DNA from: Thermoplasmata archaeon | GTDB taxonomy: Archaea; Thermoplasmatota; Thermoplasmata; Lutacidiplasmatales; UBA184 | Length of the DNA: 64,000 nucleotides | Assembly: GCA_050011355.1 (NCBI GenBank) | Contig: JBEKJG010000007.1 | Location: 30,756 to 94,755, forward strand | Direction: 5' to 3' | Shown here: piece by piece, positions 1 through 9,271 of the stretch | How positions within the stretch are numbered: position 1 is the stretch's first letter | Layout: each line of letters begins with the position of its first letter | Made by a program: the position numbers and the translations under genes | Notes under the pieces: model-generated | What the model saw: the letters and a program-made list of their open reading frames with translations, nothing else | The model's database searches: none | Told to the model about the DNA's origin: nothing

Positions 1-14
1 GCGTCGGTGAATAA

Positions 15-21
15 TTTAATA
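15..21 (+). promoter_or_regulatory. putative archaeal TATA box upstream of trxA
   Basis: TTTAATA in a GC-rich background, ~35 nt before the ATG at 56. Confidence 0.4.
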
Positions 22-55
22 GGACCGGGGTGGTGAAGACCGTACCGGGTGCTCA

Positions 56-373
56 ATGCCTGTTTCAGAAGTGGGCGGGACGAATTTTGACAAGTTCGCG
101 CAGGAGAACTCCGCGGCGGTCGTCGATGTGTGGGCCCCGTGGTGCGGTCCCTGCCGGATGGTCTCGCCGATCGTGGACCGCCTGAGCGAGAAGTACCACG
201 GCAAGGTCGCCTTCGCCAAGATGAACTCGGACGACAACGGCGAGAAGGCCGGCGCTCTCGGGATCATGAGCATCCCCACCCTCCTGTTCTACAAGCAGGG
301 CAAGCTCGTCGACCGGATCGTCGGGGCGTACCCCGAAGAGGTCATCGACGAGCACATCCGCCGCCTGCTGTGA
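56..373 (+). CDS. trxA: thioredoxin
   Basis: WAPWCGPC active site, SIPTL cis-Pro loop, 105 aa. Confidence 0.96.
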   Translation: MPVSEVGGTNFDKFAQENSAAVVDVWAPWCGPCRMVSPIVDRLSEKYHGKVAFAKMNSDDNGEKAGALGIMSIPTLLFYKQGKLVDRIVGAYPEEVIDEHIRRLL

Positions 374-474
374 CTCTCCCGCCCCGGGGACGGGCGACGC
401 ACGTCGTCCCGGGCCCACCGTGCGCCCGATGAGACGTTAGATATCGGGGCATCCCCCTCCTCCGCGGAGGTCGC

Positions 475-1770
475 ATGAGCACCCCCGCCGAGACGATGGA
501 CCCGCAGCTCGCCCGCTACTCGTTCCAGCGCAAGCTGGACGAGATCGGAAAGGTCCGCGGGCGGGCCACCGAGCTCGTCTCGCTCTACGTCTCCCCGGGA
601 AAGCAGATCTCCGACGTGATGTCGTACCTGCGGAACGAGTACGCGCAGAGCTCCAACATCAAGAGCCGGACGACCCGGAAGAACGTGATGTGGGCCATCG
701 AGTCCCTCATGGGGCGGGTCCGGGCCTACAAGGAGCCGCCGGCGAACGGGGTCGCCTTCTTCGTCGGCAGCAAGGCGGTCGGGGCCGACAAGTCGGAACC
801 GGTGACGTTCATCGTCGAGCCGCCCGAGCCGCTGCGGACCTACCTCTACCGGTGCGACTCGAACTTCTTCCTCGAGCCGCTCCTCTCGATGGTCCACGAG
901 CCCGACCTCTGGGGGCTCATCGTCATGGACCGGGCCGAGGTCACGATCGGCCTCCTGCGGGGGAAGCGGGTCGAGGCGCTCCGCAACCGGCAGTCCCAGG
1001 TCCCGAGCAAGCACGGCCGGGGCGGCCAGTCGGCCCACCGGTTCGAACGGATGATCGAGCACGCCGCGCACGATTTCTTCGTCCGGATCGGGGAGATGTC
1101 CAACGAGATCTTCCTTCCGAAGAAGGAGCAGTTGAAGGGGATCCTGCTCGGCGGACCGGGCGCGACGAAGGAGTACTTCTACAAGGAGAACCTCCTCCAC
1201 TACGAGCTCCAGCAGAAGATCGTCCAGCCGCTGTTCGACGTCGGCTACACGGACGAGTACGGCCTCAAGGAGCTGGTCGAGCGCGCGAGCCAGACCCTCC
1301 ACGGCCTCGAGCTCACCGAGGAGAAGCGTCTCGTCCAGCGCCTGCTCGCCGAGGTCCGAAAGGCGGAGACGGGCCTGGCCGCCTACGGGGAGGTGGACGT
1401 CAACCGGGCCCTCGACCTGGGCGCAGTGGACACGCTCCTCATCTCGGAGGGACTTCGCCGCCAGCGGGTGACCTTCCGGTGCACGGCCTGTTCGAAGGAG
1501 TTCACGCGCACTCTCGCGGATGAGGAGATCGACCCGATCCTCGATGGCCCCTGCCCGTCGTGCGGCCAGCGGAACGTGACCGAGGTCTCGAGCGAGGACT
1601 TCGTCGAGGGATTGTTCCGGCGCGCGGGCGCGTCGGGCGCGGTCGCCCGACTCGTGTCGAGCGAGAGCGAGGAGGGGGAGATGCTCGTCAAGGGATTCGG
1701 CGGGATCGGGGCGATCCTCCGGTACCCGATCGCAGCGACCCCGGCGCTCCGGCCGCGCCCCCCGAAGTAG
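475..1770 (+). CDS. prf1: peptide chain release factor aRF1 with Zn-ribbon insert in the C domain
   Basis: NIKS, YRCDSNF (YxCxxxF) and GRGGQS motifs; CTAC...CPSC insert; GGAGG SD upstream. Confidence 0.97.
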   Translation: MSTPAETMDPQLARYSFQRKLDEIGKVRGRATELVSLYVSPGKQISDVMSYLRNEYAQSSNIKSRTTRKNVMWAIESLMGRVRAYKEPPANGVAFFVGSKAVGADKSEPVTFIVEPPEPLRTYLYRCDSNFFLEPLLSMVHEPDLWGLIVMDRAEVTIGLLRGKRVEALRNRQSQVPSKHGRGGQSAHRFERMIEHAAHDFFVRIGEMSNEIFLPKKEQLKGILLGGPGATKEYFYKENLLHYELQQKIVQPLFDVGYTDEYGLKELVERASQTLHGLELTEEKRLVQRLLAEVRKAETGLAAYGEVDVNRALDLGAVDTLLISEGLRRQRVTFRCTACSKEFTRTLADEEIDPILDGPCPSCGQRNVTEVSSEDFVEGLFRRAGASGAVARLVSSESEEGEMLVKGFGGIGAILRYPIAATPALRPRPPK

Positions 1771-1809
1771 GTCCTTCCCCCGAACCCCGCCCGGATCGGC
1801 CCCGCGGGC

Positions 1810-3261
1810 TCACCAGAGGTTTCGGAGCGGGTCGTCCTCGGGGGGAGGTGGGTTCGGGCCGGAAGGTGCCCGAGAGCCCGGTCGCACGTTCCCCGGGGGG
1901 TAGAGGGCGGCGTTGGGGTAGGCGGGGGGTGGCATGCGGCGGCGTTCGGCGATGAGGACGACCGCCGCCACGACGACGATGACCACGACCCCGACCGCCA
2001 CGAGACCCGCGAGTCCGTGGAATCCGGCGGTCCCCGAGGAGCCCCCCGACGGGCAGTTCGAGCCGGTGAGGAGGCAGCCCTGTTGGGACTGGGCCGTCGC
2101 CAAGGGCTCCGGGACCCCTTGGACCGTCGTACTGGGAGCCGAGTCGCTGATACCCGTAGAGGCGGCGGCCAGCTGGGAGTTCCCGGAGAGCGCCGTCGCG
2201 CTCCCGCTCGGGTTCGCCATGGTCGAATCGTAGACCCACTGGGAGGCTCCGATCCCCAGGTGGTCCCCTTCGGTCGCTCGGGCGTCCAGGTAGCTCATGG
2301 CCGCCGAGGCCGAGCCGTTCTGCTGAGCGGACCAGGGCGGGTTGCCTCCACCGAACAGGTCGGCGGCGCTGGGAAGGAGGATGAACCCTTCGCGTACGGA
2401 GAAGGGACCGACCACGCGCAGGGCGACCTCTGGGAAGGTCACCCCTCCCAGGTTGACCGTCCGAGTCGGAGAGTAACTGCCGTTCAGTCCGACCGTTCCG
2501 TTCGCTGGGACCGAGAAGTTGCCGTTGAACGGACCGAAATGGATCGCCCCGCGGGGTCCGCTGGCGGCCTCGTAGTACGCGTAGTCCGCCGTCGCGCGCG
2601 AGGAGAACTGGCTCGACGAGTTCCACGACTGTGCCGAGTTGAGCGTCGTGGGGAACAGGCCCAGGCCGGGGGAGAGGTAGACCGTGGACGACGCCACGAC
2701 GTTGGCCGAGAGGTAGTGGGAGCGGGTGCCCAGGACCCCGCCGATCCGGAGGTACGAGCTCCCCGTCTCCGTGACGTTCGCACGGAGGTTCGCCCCGGAA
2801 TTGAGGAGGGAGAGCGCCGCAACCGGTGAATCGTTCTCGTAGACCGTCCCAGTGGTGCTGAGATTGGCGGTCGCGTCGACCGTCTCATAGACGTGGTACG
2901 ACTCATTGCCGAAGTAGGTGGGAGAACTGCAATCCGGGTAGCAGTAATGGACTTGGAAAAGGACCCCCATCGTCCGATTGACCGCGAGTTCGATGCTCGT
3001 GGTGGTGGTATTCGTCTGGTTGAGGATGACCGAGAAGCCGTAGACCGCCGAACCCGAGTACTGCCAACCGTGGGAAGTTCCCTGCAAGCTCACTGTCTCG
3101 ACCGCGCCGTACGCCCACAACGTCCCGGGCGCCGGCACGGCGGGTGAAGGGGAGTTTTCGGCCATGCCGCCGGGCAGGGCCAGGACGACCAGGAGCCCGA
3201 CCATCGCCGCCGCCAGAACAGGGAAAAGTCCATGTCGTGAGGCGGACCTCGAACTCGTCAT
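1810..3261 (-). CDS. secreted, C-terminally anchored Ser/Thr/Asn-rich surface protein
   Basis: Start re-picked at MTSSRSASRHGLF (signal peptide); many NxS/T sequons; C-terminal TM followed by RRR and a Pro-rich tail. The upstream part of ORF 1810..4068 is antisense shadow of the next gene. Confidence 0.8.
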   Translation of the reverse strand: MTSSRSASRHGLFPVLAAAMVGLLVVLALPGGMAENSPSPAVPAPGTLWAYGAVETVSLQGTSHGWQYSGSAVYGFSVILNQTNTTTTSIELAVNRTMGVLFQVHYCYPDCSSPTYFGNESYHVYETVDATANLSTTGTVYENDSPVAALSLLNSGANLRANVTETGSSYLRIGGVLGTRSHYLSANVVASSTVYLSPGLGLFPTTLNSAQSWNSSSQFSSRATADYAYYEAASGPRGAIHFGPFNGNFSVPANGTVGLNGSYSPTRTVNLGGVTFPEVALRVVGPFSVREGFILLPSAADLFGGGNPPWSAQQNGSASAAMSYLDARATEGDHLGIGASQWVYDSTMANPSGSATALSGNSQLAAASTGISDSAPSTTVQGVPEPLATAQSQQGCLLTGSNCPSGGSSGTAGFHGLAGLVAVGVVVIVVVAAVVLIAERRRMPPPAYPNAALYPPGNVRPGSRAPSGPNPPPPEDDPLRNLW

Positions 3262-3375
3262 CGGTGGATCCCTGTCGTCGAAAATGCGGGCAACGGGTCT
3301 TAAGGGCGTGTGCCGAACCTGTGGTGGTGGTTTGGACCGCGTGCTAGACCGTCGCGGCTCGAGGGGAGGATCTCC

Positions 3376-4443
3376 GTGCGGGCCCTGACCGACTCCGAGG
3401 CTCGAGTCGTCGCGGTCCTCTTGGCCGCCCGGCCGGACCGCGAGCGGGAGCGGCTGCGCCAGGTCCAGGTCCCCCGGTCGACCTACCACGCGGTCCGCAG
3501 ACGGGCCTACGAGGAACTCTGGCTGAGGGACCGCTACATCCCCCATCCGGTACCCCTCGGGCGGCCCAATGTCACCTTCCTGCTCGTCCGGCCGTTCGCG
3601 GACCGCTTCGAGGAGTTCACCCGGGCGGCGGCGGCAGACCCGGGCAACGTTGTGCTCAGTACTGGCAGCCAGGTCGCCCTCGCGATATTCTTCCACCAAA
3701 AGGCTGCCGAAGGGCGCCGATGGACCGCACGGGTCGTGGACCAGAAGCTCGGAGTCCCTCCCACGACGGTCACCGTTTCTGCGGAGGAGCCGTCCGTTCC
3801 AGTCTACTTCGATTTTGAAGGGCTCTGGTGCCATCTGGCGGGCATCACGGGCACGTTGGCCTACCCCCATGGACTCGGCGGCCCGATCCCCACCGATGAA
3901 CGTGGTGGCGATTCGCCCAGCCTCACCTCCCATCGCGCCTGGGCCGTGGGGGAGCTCTTGCGCCGGCCATTCACGGGTCCCGAAGCAGGAAAAGGCCCGC
4001 ATCTGGTGGGGCCGTTCGGTCTGCCGTTCGCGCAACGTCGGATGCTGGCGCGGGGCTGGGTAGATCATCGCACCCTGCTCGACCCGGCCCCGTTGCCGGC
4101 CTACCAGGGAAAGAGTCCCGACCAGGTCGTGCTCATCTCAGGGCAACCTCGCACGGACGCGAAGCCGGCCGAGTTGTTCGCGAACCTTACGCGGGAATGC
4201 CGGGTGTTCCCCTTCCTGTTCGTGGTGGGGTCAGAGCGGTGGCTCTTGGGCGCCCTCGGATCCTCCGTACCCCCACCGCCCGACCCGTCGTTGACGCGAC
4301 GCCCGGTCCTCGCGACCCTCCGGGAGTACCTCGAGGGGATTGAGATCGTCCAGGAGCCGGCCGCGCAGTTCCAGACCCGGGTGGACCACCGGTACGACCG
4401 GCTGCTCACCCCTCGGGACGCTACCACGCCGTCGAAGGTCTGA
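3376..4443 (+). CDS. hypothetical protein, possible N-terminal HTH (Lrp/AsnC-like architecture)
   Basis: GTG start after GGAGG SD; 'LTDSEARVV...RSTYHAVRRR' is HTH-like; internal duplication (YIPHP...P / LLDPAP...P); divergent from the surface gene. Confidence 0.65.
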   Translation: MRALTDSEARVVAVLLAARPDRERERLRQVQVPRSTYHAVRRRAYEELWLRDRYIPHPVPLGRPNVTFLLVRPFADRFEEFTRAAAADPGNVVLSTGSQVALAIFFHQKAAEGRRWTARVVDQKLGVPPTTVTVSAEEPSVPVYFDFEGLWCHLAGITGTLAYPHGLGGPIPTDERGGDSPSLTSHRAWAVGELLRRPFTGPEAGKGPHLVGPFGLPFAQRRMLARGWVDHRTLLDPAPLPAYQGKSPDQVVLISGQPRTDAKPAELFANLTRECRVFPFLFVVGSERWLLGALGSSVPPPPDPSLTRRPVLATLREYLEGIEIVQEPAAQFQTRVDHRYDRLLTPRDATTPSKV

Positions 4444-4467
4444 TATCCCGCACCCGATGGCAGACTG

Positions 4468-4542
4468 GGGCGCGTAGCCTAGTCTGGATAGGGCACCGGG
4501 TTCCTAACCCGGCGGTCGAGGGTTCAAATCCCTCCGCGCCCG
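4468..4542 (+). tRNA. tRNA-Arg(CCT)
   Basis: Acceptor stem GGGCGCG/CGCGCCC; anticodon arm CCGGG-TTCCTAA-CCCGG; T arm GAGGG-TTCAAAT-CCCTC; no encoded CCA, no intron. Confidence 0.96.
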
Positions 4543-4564
4543 CTACGTCATGGCCCGGCCCCTC

Positions 4565-4585
4565 CCGGACCCGAAATGGGTCCGG
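4565..4585. other. GC hairpin downstream of the tRNA
   Basis: CCGGACCC-gaaat-GGGTCCGG, perfect 8-bp stem. Confidence 0.5.
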
Positions 4586-4779
4586 AGCCGTTCGATCCGG
4601 TCGTCGACCCGCCCTTTTTCGACCTCGCCCTTCGCCTCGCCGAAGCACGCCCGCGGTTCCCTCTCTCCTCCACCGCCCGAACCGCTCGGCCAACCCCTTC
4701 CGCTCCGGGGGTGCCCCCGGGGCGCTCTTTTATGAACCCTCATTCGAGCGGCGGTATCCTGGACTTCTGGATCCGATCC

Positions 4780-5250
4780 TCAGTTCCGCTTACCGAGTCC
4801 AAGGGCCACCCGGGCCAGGCTGTCGGCCGAGGGGCCGCCGAACTTTAGCCTGCGATGCGTCCCGGGTGACCAGCGGAGCGTCACAAAGCGGAACCGGCTC
4901 CGCACTCTCTCGAACTCGCCTTGGATGGCCAAGACCTCGGGTTTCAGTTTTCCCCCTCCTTCACGGACCAGGCTGACAAGGGGAAGGTTGTCGCTGGTAG
5001 CCCATACTCCCTCAAGACCCAGCTCAGCCGCCTCCTCCAATCCTCGTACTAGCGCCAAGAACTCTGCGTGGAACGGGCCGCGGACTAAGCCCAGAGGCAC
5101 GGACTTGTGCAGCAGGGGACGAAGGGTGATGTCGCGGAGGATTATTCCGGCGCCCGCACGGTAAAGCGGCCGATCCTGCCCACTCTCAGCCCTATGCGTG
5201 TCCACCGAGGCATCGGTCTCGAGATAGGCAGATCGGAAAGTTTCGGTCAT
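4780..5250 (-). CDS. ribonuclease HI-like protein
   Basis: ETDAS...GAGIIL...AEFLALVRGLEEA...SDN...ADSLA gives the D-E-D-D RNase H tetrad; ATGA overlap with the upstream gene. Confidence 0.8.
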   Translation of the reverse strand: MTETFRSAYLETDASVDTHRAESGQDRPLYRAGAGIILRDITLRPLLHKSVPLGLVRGPFHAEFLALVRGLEEAAELGLEGVWATSDNLPLVSLVREGGGKLKPEVLAIQGEFERVRSRFRFVTLRWSPGTHRRLKFGGPSADSLARVALGLGKRN

Positions 5251-5486
5251 GGCCGCTTCGTCGAAATCGGCGCGACCTGGACCTCGAACTCCATGACCCG
5301 CTCCGCGGTCGGATCCTCCCACGGTTTCCTCCTCGGCGGATAGGACGTTCGGACCCGCTCGAGGAGCGCCTTTGCCGTCTTCTCCTCCACTCGATCCAGG
5401 TCGGCAACGTCGAGCCGGAGAACTCCCTCGACCACGACTCGGTAGCCTTTCCCGACTCGATAAACGCGTGCGATCCACTCCGACAT
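5247..5486 (-). CDS. small protein, HicB-like fold
   Basis: MSEWIARVYRVGKGYRVVVEG...DLDRVEEKTAKAL, a beta-beta-beta-alpha pattern; translationally coupled to the RNase H gene. Confidence 0.5.
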   Translation of the reverse strand: MSEWIARVYRVGKGYRVVVEGVLRLDVADLDRVEEKTAKALLERVRTSYPPRRKPWEDPTAERVMEFEVQVAPISTKRP

Positions 5487-5559
5487 GAGCGGGCCCAACC
5501 TGTTCATGGGTGACCAGAGTCCCGGGAAGGTACTGCAACGGTCTGACAAGATCGGCCGG

Positions 5560-6168
5560 TCAGGAAGGCGGCGGTTCTTCCGACAGGCTCGAACTCCTGT
5601 CCGCGGAGAGGGTACGTTGGGACTGCCACATTCCCCACGCGACGCGAACCGCGTCGAGATTCTCCTTGGTCACTTGGAACGCCCTAGTCTCGCCCTTCGG
5701 AGTCCGGGGTCCGTGAATCAGCTCTCCAACGGACTTCGGGTTGAACTCCTTCAGCCCGATGTTCTCGGCGCGGATGATCGGCGGGTTATGTTGGCCCTTA
5801 GGTCCGTTCCATGAGTCGCGGCACTCCGAGATCCCGGAGAAGGGAATCGTCAGAATCTCCCCGGCCCTTCTGCCGACGAAGTGCCGCCCATAGATTCCCA
5901 CCAAACCATCCGGGTCGATACGGATCCAGTCCGGTGTGGCTCGACGATAGGATCGGTAGCCACCCCAAATGAGAACGAACGCGAAGATGGACCAGCCGAT
6001 GGTGATTGCGACCAGCAACTCAACTCCACTAGTCCCTCCAGCACCAGCGGGGTTCGTCAACGCAAACGCGAGAATGGTAACGAGGACGATTTCGAGTGCC
6101 CCAACCGCAATGAACGCGGGGAGGAGCGTCTGGGTCAGATCGGGGTTGCGGTTGGGCCCTGCGTCCAT
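5560..6168 (-). CDS. 2-TM + PH-like domain membrane protein (island paralogue 1)
   Basis: Two hydrophobic helices, then PDWIRIDPDGL...IPFSGI...VTKENLDAV. Confidence 0.72.
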   Translation of the reverse strand: MDAGPNRNPDLTQTLLPAFIAVGALEIVLVTILAFALTNPAGAGGTSGVELLVAITIGWSIFAFVLIWGGYRSYRRATPDWIRIDPDGLVGIYGRHFVGRRAGEILTIPFSGISECRDSWNGPKGQHNPPIIRAENIGLKEFNPKSVGELIHGPRTPKGETRAFQVTKENLDAVRVAWGMWQSQRTLSADRSSSLSEEPPPS

Positions 6169-6231
6169 CTGGGTTCAGCTAACCTCGCCAGCGGGTCTTG
6201 ACCGTTTCTTAGGCGACTGCGAAGTCACGCC

Positions 6232-6264
6232 TCGCACGTCCCTGTCTTCGCGAGGGACGTGCGA
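6232..6264. repeat. perfect 12-bp inverted repeat overlapping a start codon
   Basis: TCGCACGTCCCT-N9-AGGGACGTGCGA; the last A is the A of the ATG at 6264. Confidence 0.75.
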
Positions 6265-6911
6265 TGCCGAGCATCAACCACCCAAACCAAGAGTCGCCAG
6301 AGCCGAACGAGACCGCCAGCCGCCTGAGAACCGTCACCGGCAACCGCTTCCTGCGCAAGTGCTCCTGCGGGTGCGGGCAGGCGATCCCGCGCGACCCGGT
6401 AATCCGCCTCGTGGTCGACTTCGGCGCGCCGCGGCCCTACCCTGCCTACCTCCGTGAGCAATCGCCCGACTTCGGGAGCTACGGCAGGCGAGCCCAGACC
6501 CGACGTGAGGAACTCGTTTCCATGCCCGGGTTCGTCCCGGCGACCGCCCTCCTGGCCGACCAGGACGAGGAGCGGGTTCGGAGTCCGCCCTTCGGGGACG
6601 ACCCCGCCCACACCGAGGCCGACGCCAGCCCGAGCCCCGAGGCAGGTCGCCCCTGGGCCCCCGGCCAGCTCATCTTCAACGCGGGTCAGTTCGAGTCCGC
6701 GCGGAGCGGGTTCGCTGACTACGCGAAGGAAGGCGAGACCGCCGCGCAGTTGAGGACCCGCGTGAACCGGGTCATTCTCGAGGACCTCGAGCAGAAGGTC
6801 CTCGCCCTGAGGGCCCTCCACGCGAAGCTCCGCGACCTGGACGCGGGCGCGTCGTTCGGGGACGTCGTGGCCCGGGGGCGACCGCGCTCGGATTGGGAGT
6901 GCGGAGACTGA
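6264..6911 (+). CDS. hypothetical protein with CxCGCG motif
   Basis: KCSCGCGQ motif; GC3-rich coding pattern. Confidence 0.65.
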   Translation: MPSINHPNQESPEPNETASRLRTVTGNRFLRKCSCGCGQAIPRDPVIRLVVDFGAPRPYPAYLREQSPDFGSYGRRAQTRREELVSMPGFVPATALLADQDEERVRSPPFGDDPAHTEADASPSPEAGRPWAPGQLIFNAGQFESARSGFADYAKEGETAAQLRTRVNRVILEDLEQKVLALRALHAKLRDLDAGASFGDVVARGRPRSDWECGD

Positions 6912-6931
6912 CCCGGCAGGCGGATCCGACC

Positions 6932-7186
6932 GTGTTCGAGTTCCGCCTGCGTATCCTGGACGTGCGGGAGCGCGAAACTGACCCGCCCTCCTTCCTCGGG
7001 ATCGTGGAGGGGTTCCCAAAAATCCTGGTGCACGCGACGACAGTCGGGCAGGCGCAGCAGGACCTAGTGAACGCGCTCTGCGAGCATATGAGGCGCCTCC
7101 AGGATCATGAGGCGACGCGATTGGAAATAGACGACTTTCCCACGGCTAGCACTGTTCGACTCTTCTTCTGCCGAGAGAGGGCCTAA
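6932..7186 (+). CDS. HicB-family antitoxin-like protein
   Basis: FLGIVEGFPKILVHATTVGQAQQDLVNAL resembles the HicB N-terminal pattern; start uncertain (6893 or 6932). Confidence 0.55.
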   Translation: MFEFRLRILDVRERETDPPSFLGIVEGFPKILVHATTVGQAQQDLVNALCEHMRRLQDHEATRLEIDDFPTASTVRLFFCRERA

Positions 7187-7283
7187 CGCGTCCCCATTAA
7201 CAGAGTGGTCTCGGTTGCGTCCAGCTAGAAGCCGGCGGACCCCCGGGGCTCATTGCTAAGGTCGGTCGAACCGTTAGTCAGAC

Positions 7284-7910
7284 GTGGCGGATGACCTCGA
7301 CGCGGACACGTTGGTCGAATTGAGTGTCTTGAGCGAGATGGAACTTCAATGCGAATGGGCGCTCCAGCACCTTCGAATCCTCAAAGAACACGCCTCCAAG
7401 CTCCAAATGAAACGGGTCAGCCGTCGAGGGCGGGATCGGATGTTCGCCGAGCGAACCGCAGTATTCCGGGAGATCCAGTCCATCCTGACCTGTGCGGGTA
7501 TCGCGGACTCGCTCCTTACTGGGAAGGGTCCTCCCCGGCCCAGAGGACTCGAAGGGGTCTCGGACGCTCAGCGAGCCTCGATTCGAGCGAAGCTGAACCT
7601 GCCACTGGACTTCGTCATCCCCGGTCGGCCTCAGAGGAACGCGCTGATTCACATCGAGGAGCGTCGGGTGCCCTGGTCTCGACCGGGCAATATGCGGGGA
7701 GACATGGCGACGGCTCCGACCCGGATACCGGACCATCCAGGGAACCGACAGACCCTTCGAGCCTTCAGCGTGAATCCGCTCGAGTTCCTGGTCCTCGGAG
7801 AGCGATGCAGTCTCGACGATGTCGAGGCTTCCCTTCAACTGTTAGGACGTGCCGCGAACAGGGCGGCGGATGGGATTTTCGCCGCGGAGAATGCAAAGCG
7901 GTCAGCTTGA
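7284..7910 (+). CDS. hypothetical protein
   Basis: 208-aa ORF with globular composition; RNALIHIEER is a HEPN-like RNxxxH motif. Confidence 0.6.
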   Translation: MADDLDADTLVELSVLSEMELQCEWALQHLRILKEHASKLQMKRVSRRGRDRMFAERTAVFREIQSILTCAGIADSLLTGKGPPRPRGLEGVSDAQRASIRAKLNLPLDFVIPGRPQRNALIHIEERRVPWSRPGNMRGDMATAPTRIPDHPGNRQTLRAFSVNPLEFLVLGERCSLDDVEASLQLLGRAANRAADGIFAAENAKRSA

Positions 7911-8098
7911 GGCCGACGGACGGGCCGGAGATTTTGCATCGAACGGTTCCTGTTCTGGGCGTTGGATGGTTACCTCACGCGGATCCAGGATCGCGAGGCG
8001 ACGCGGATCGACTGGGACGAGTCCCCGACAGTCAGGGGGCGAACAGCCTTTCTCACCCCGGAATCCGGCTAGCACCGTAGAGGGTTTCCTCACGTTGC

Positions 8099-9055
8099 TC
8101 AACCGTGGACCACGCTGGTGAGTGATGCTGTGAGAATGCGGGCCGCCTGCAATCTGCGCGCAGCCCTCTCCTTCTCCCGGCGGGTGAGGACCTCCCACAG
8201 GGGCTTGAACGCCGCATCCGCCTTCTTGAGTCGCTTCTCGAAGCGCGCGAGCTCGAGATCGACATGGGGGCTCACGTCTTCGATCGGACGCCCGGCGATC
8301 TGTGAGACGAGCTTGGAGATTGTCTCGGGCAGCGTGGCCTCGGAGGGATTCGTAAGGCCCATCCCTCGCTGGAACGCGCGCAATGCGCCAGGCACCGCGC
8401 CCTCCGTCATTCCCCAGAATCGGGTCCCGTACCCGAGCCCCAGGCTGCCGAGGACATTGATCTCTTCAAGGAAGGTGATCGCCTTTTCTCCGTCTCGGAG
8501 CGCCTTCCGCGGGACGCGGCCGCGGGCCGGCTGGATAACCGCAAGAGCGGCCTCGTCCCAGGCATCCTCCAGGATCCTCCTTAGTGCTGCTTGGTGGGCG
8601 AGGCCGGCCCTCCTGAACCGGGCTCGGTACTTCTTCGGGAGGATTTCGGGGACCCCGTAGACCGCCCAACCCTCGGAACTATCCCCTCTCATCCCGACAG
8701 TTCCGGCAGCCTCGATGGCCTTCGCTTCGGATTGGACGAATGCCTTGATCCGTTCCGGCAGCTGGATCACCAGTGCGTAGAGAGAGAACTTTCCCTCAGT
8801 CTTCTTTCGCAACCCTCCGGTCTCCACAAGCCCTGCAAGCGCGCGAGAGAGGGTCCGATCGCCAATGGGGCTCTCGGTGATTCCAATGAACCGTTGGATT
8901 TCAGAGAATCTCAACCAGACCTCTTCCTCCTCTCCATTAGGGGCAAGTCCCCTCGAAAAGAAGGTCGCACGGACAGACGCCTGAGCCTTCGGTATGGTCC
9001 AATATCTCGATTTTTCGCTATCCATGGTTGCTATCCAGAGATAGCCACTGTTCAT
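8099..9055 (-). CDS. winged-helix domain protein
   Basis: LRFSEIQRF...DRTLSRALAGLVETGGLRK...SLYAL is a wHTH; helical C-terminal domain. Confidence 0.7.
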   Translation of the reverse strand: MNSGYLWIATMDSEKSRYWTIPKAQASVRATFFSRGLAPNGEEEEVWLRFSEIQRFIGITESPIGDRTLSRALAGLVETGGLRKKTEGKFSLYALVIQLPERIKAFVQSEAKAIEAAGTVGMRGDSSEGWAVYGVPEILPKKYRARFRRAGLAHQAALRRILEDAWDEAALAVIQPARGRVPRKALRDGEKAITFLEEINVLGSLGLGYGTRFWGMTEGAVPGALRAFQRGMGLTNPSEATLPETISKLVSQIAGRPIEDVSPHVDLELARFEKRLKKADAAFKPLWEVLTRREKERAARRLQAARILTASLTSVVHG

Positions 9056-9093
9056 AACTTCAACGGCAATAGGGGAGCTGAGAAGGTGCGTCC

Positions 9094-9252
9094 ATGACGA
9101 ACCCCATCTTGGAAACCATCGCCGAGATCGCCAAGGCCGAACGCAAGACCGCCCTCAGGGAGGGCGAGTACGGATGGGCCGTGCTCGCCGCCCTCGTGGA
9201 GGACTGGGCCATCACGGAGGGCCGAAAGGGAGGCGGGGCACTTCCTCCCTAG
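9094..9252 (+). CDS. 52-aa small protein (not in ORF track)
   Basis: MTNPILETIAEIAKAERKTALREGEYGWAVLAALVEDWAITEGRKGGGALPP*; AAGGTG SD; GC3-rich; fills the gap between two genes. Confidence 0.5.
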   Translation: MTNPILETIAEIAKAERKTALREGEYGWAVLAALVEDWAITEGRKGGGALPP

Positions 9253-9271
9253 CCTACGTTGAGGTTGGTGG

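Noticed and set aside
1477-1566. Zn-ribbon insert in aRF1 as a novelty
   Set aside because: Such C-domain inserts are already known in archaeal aRF1
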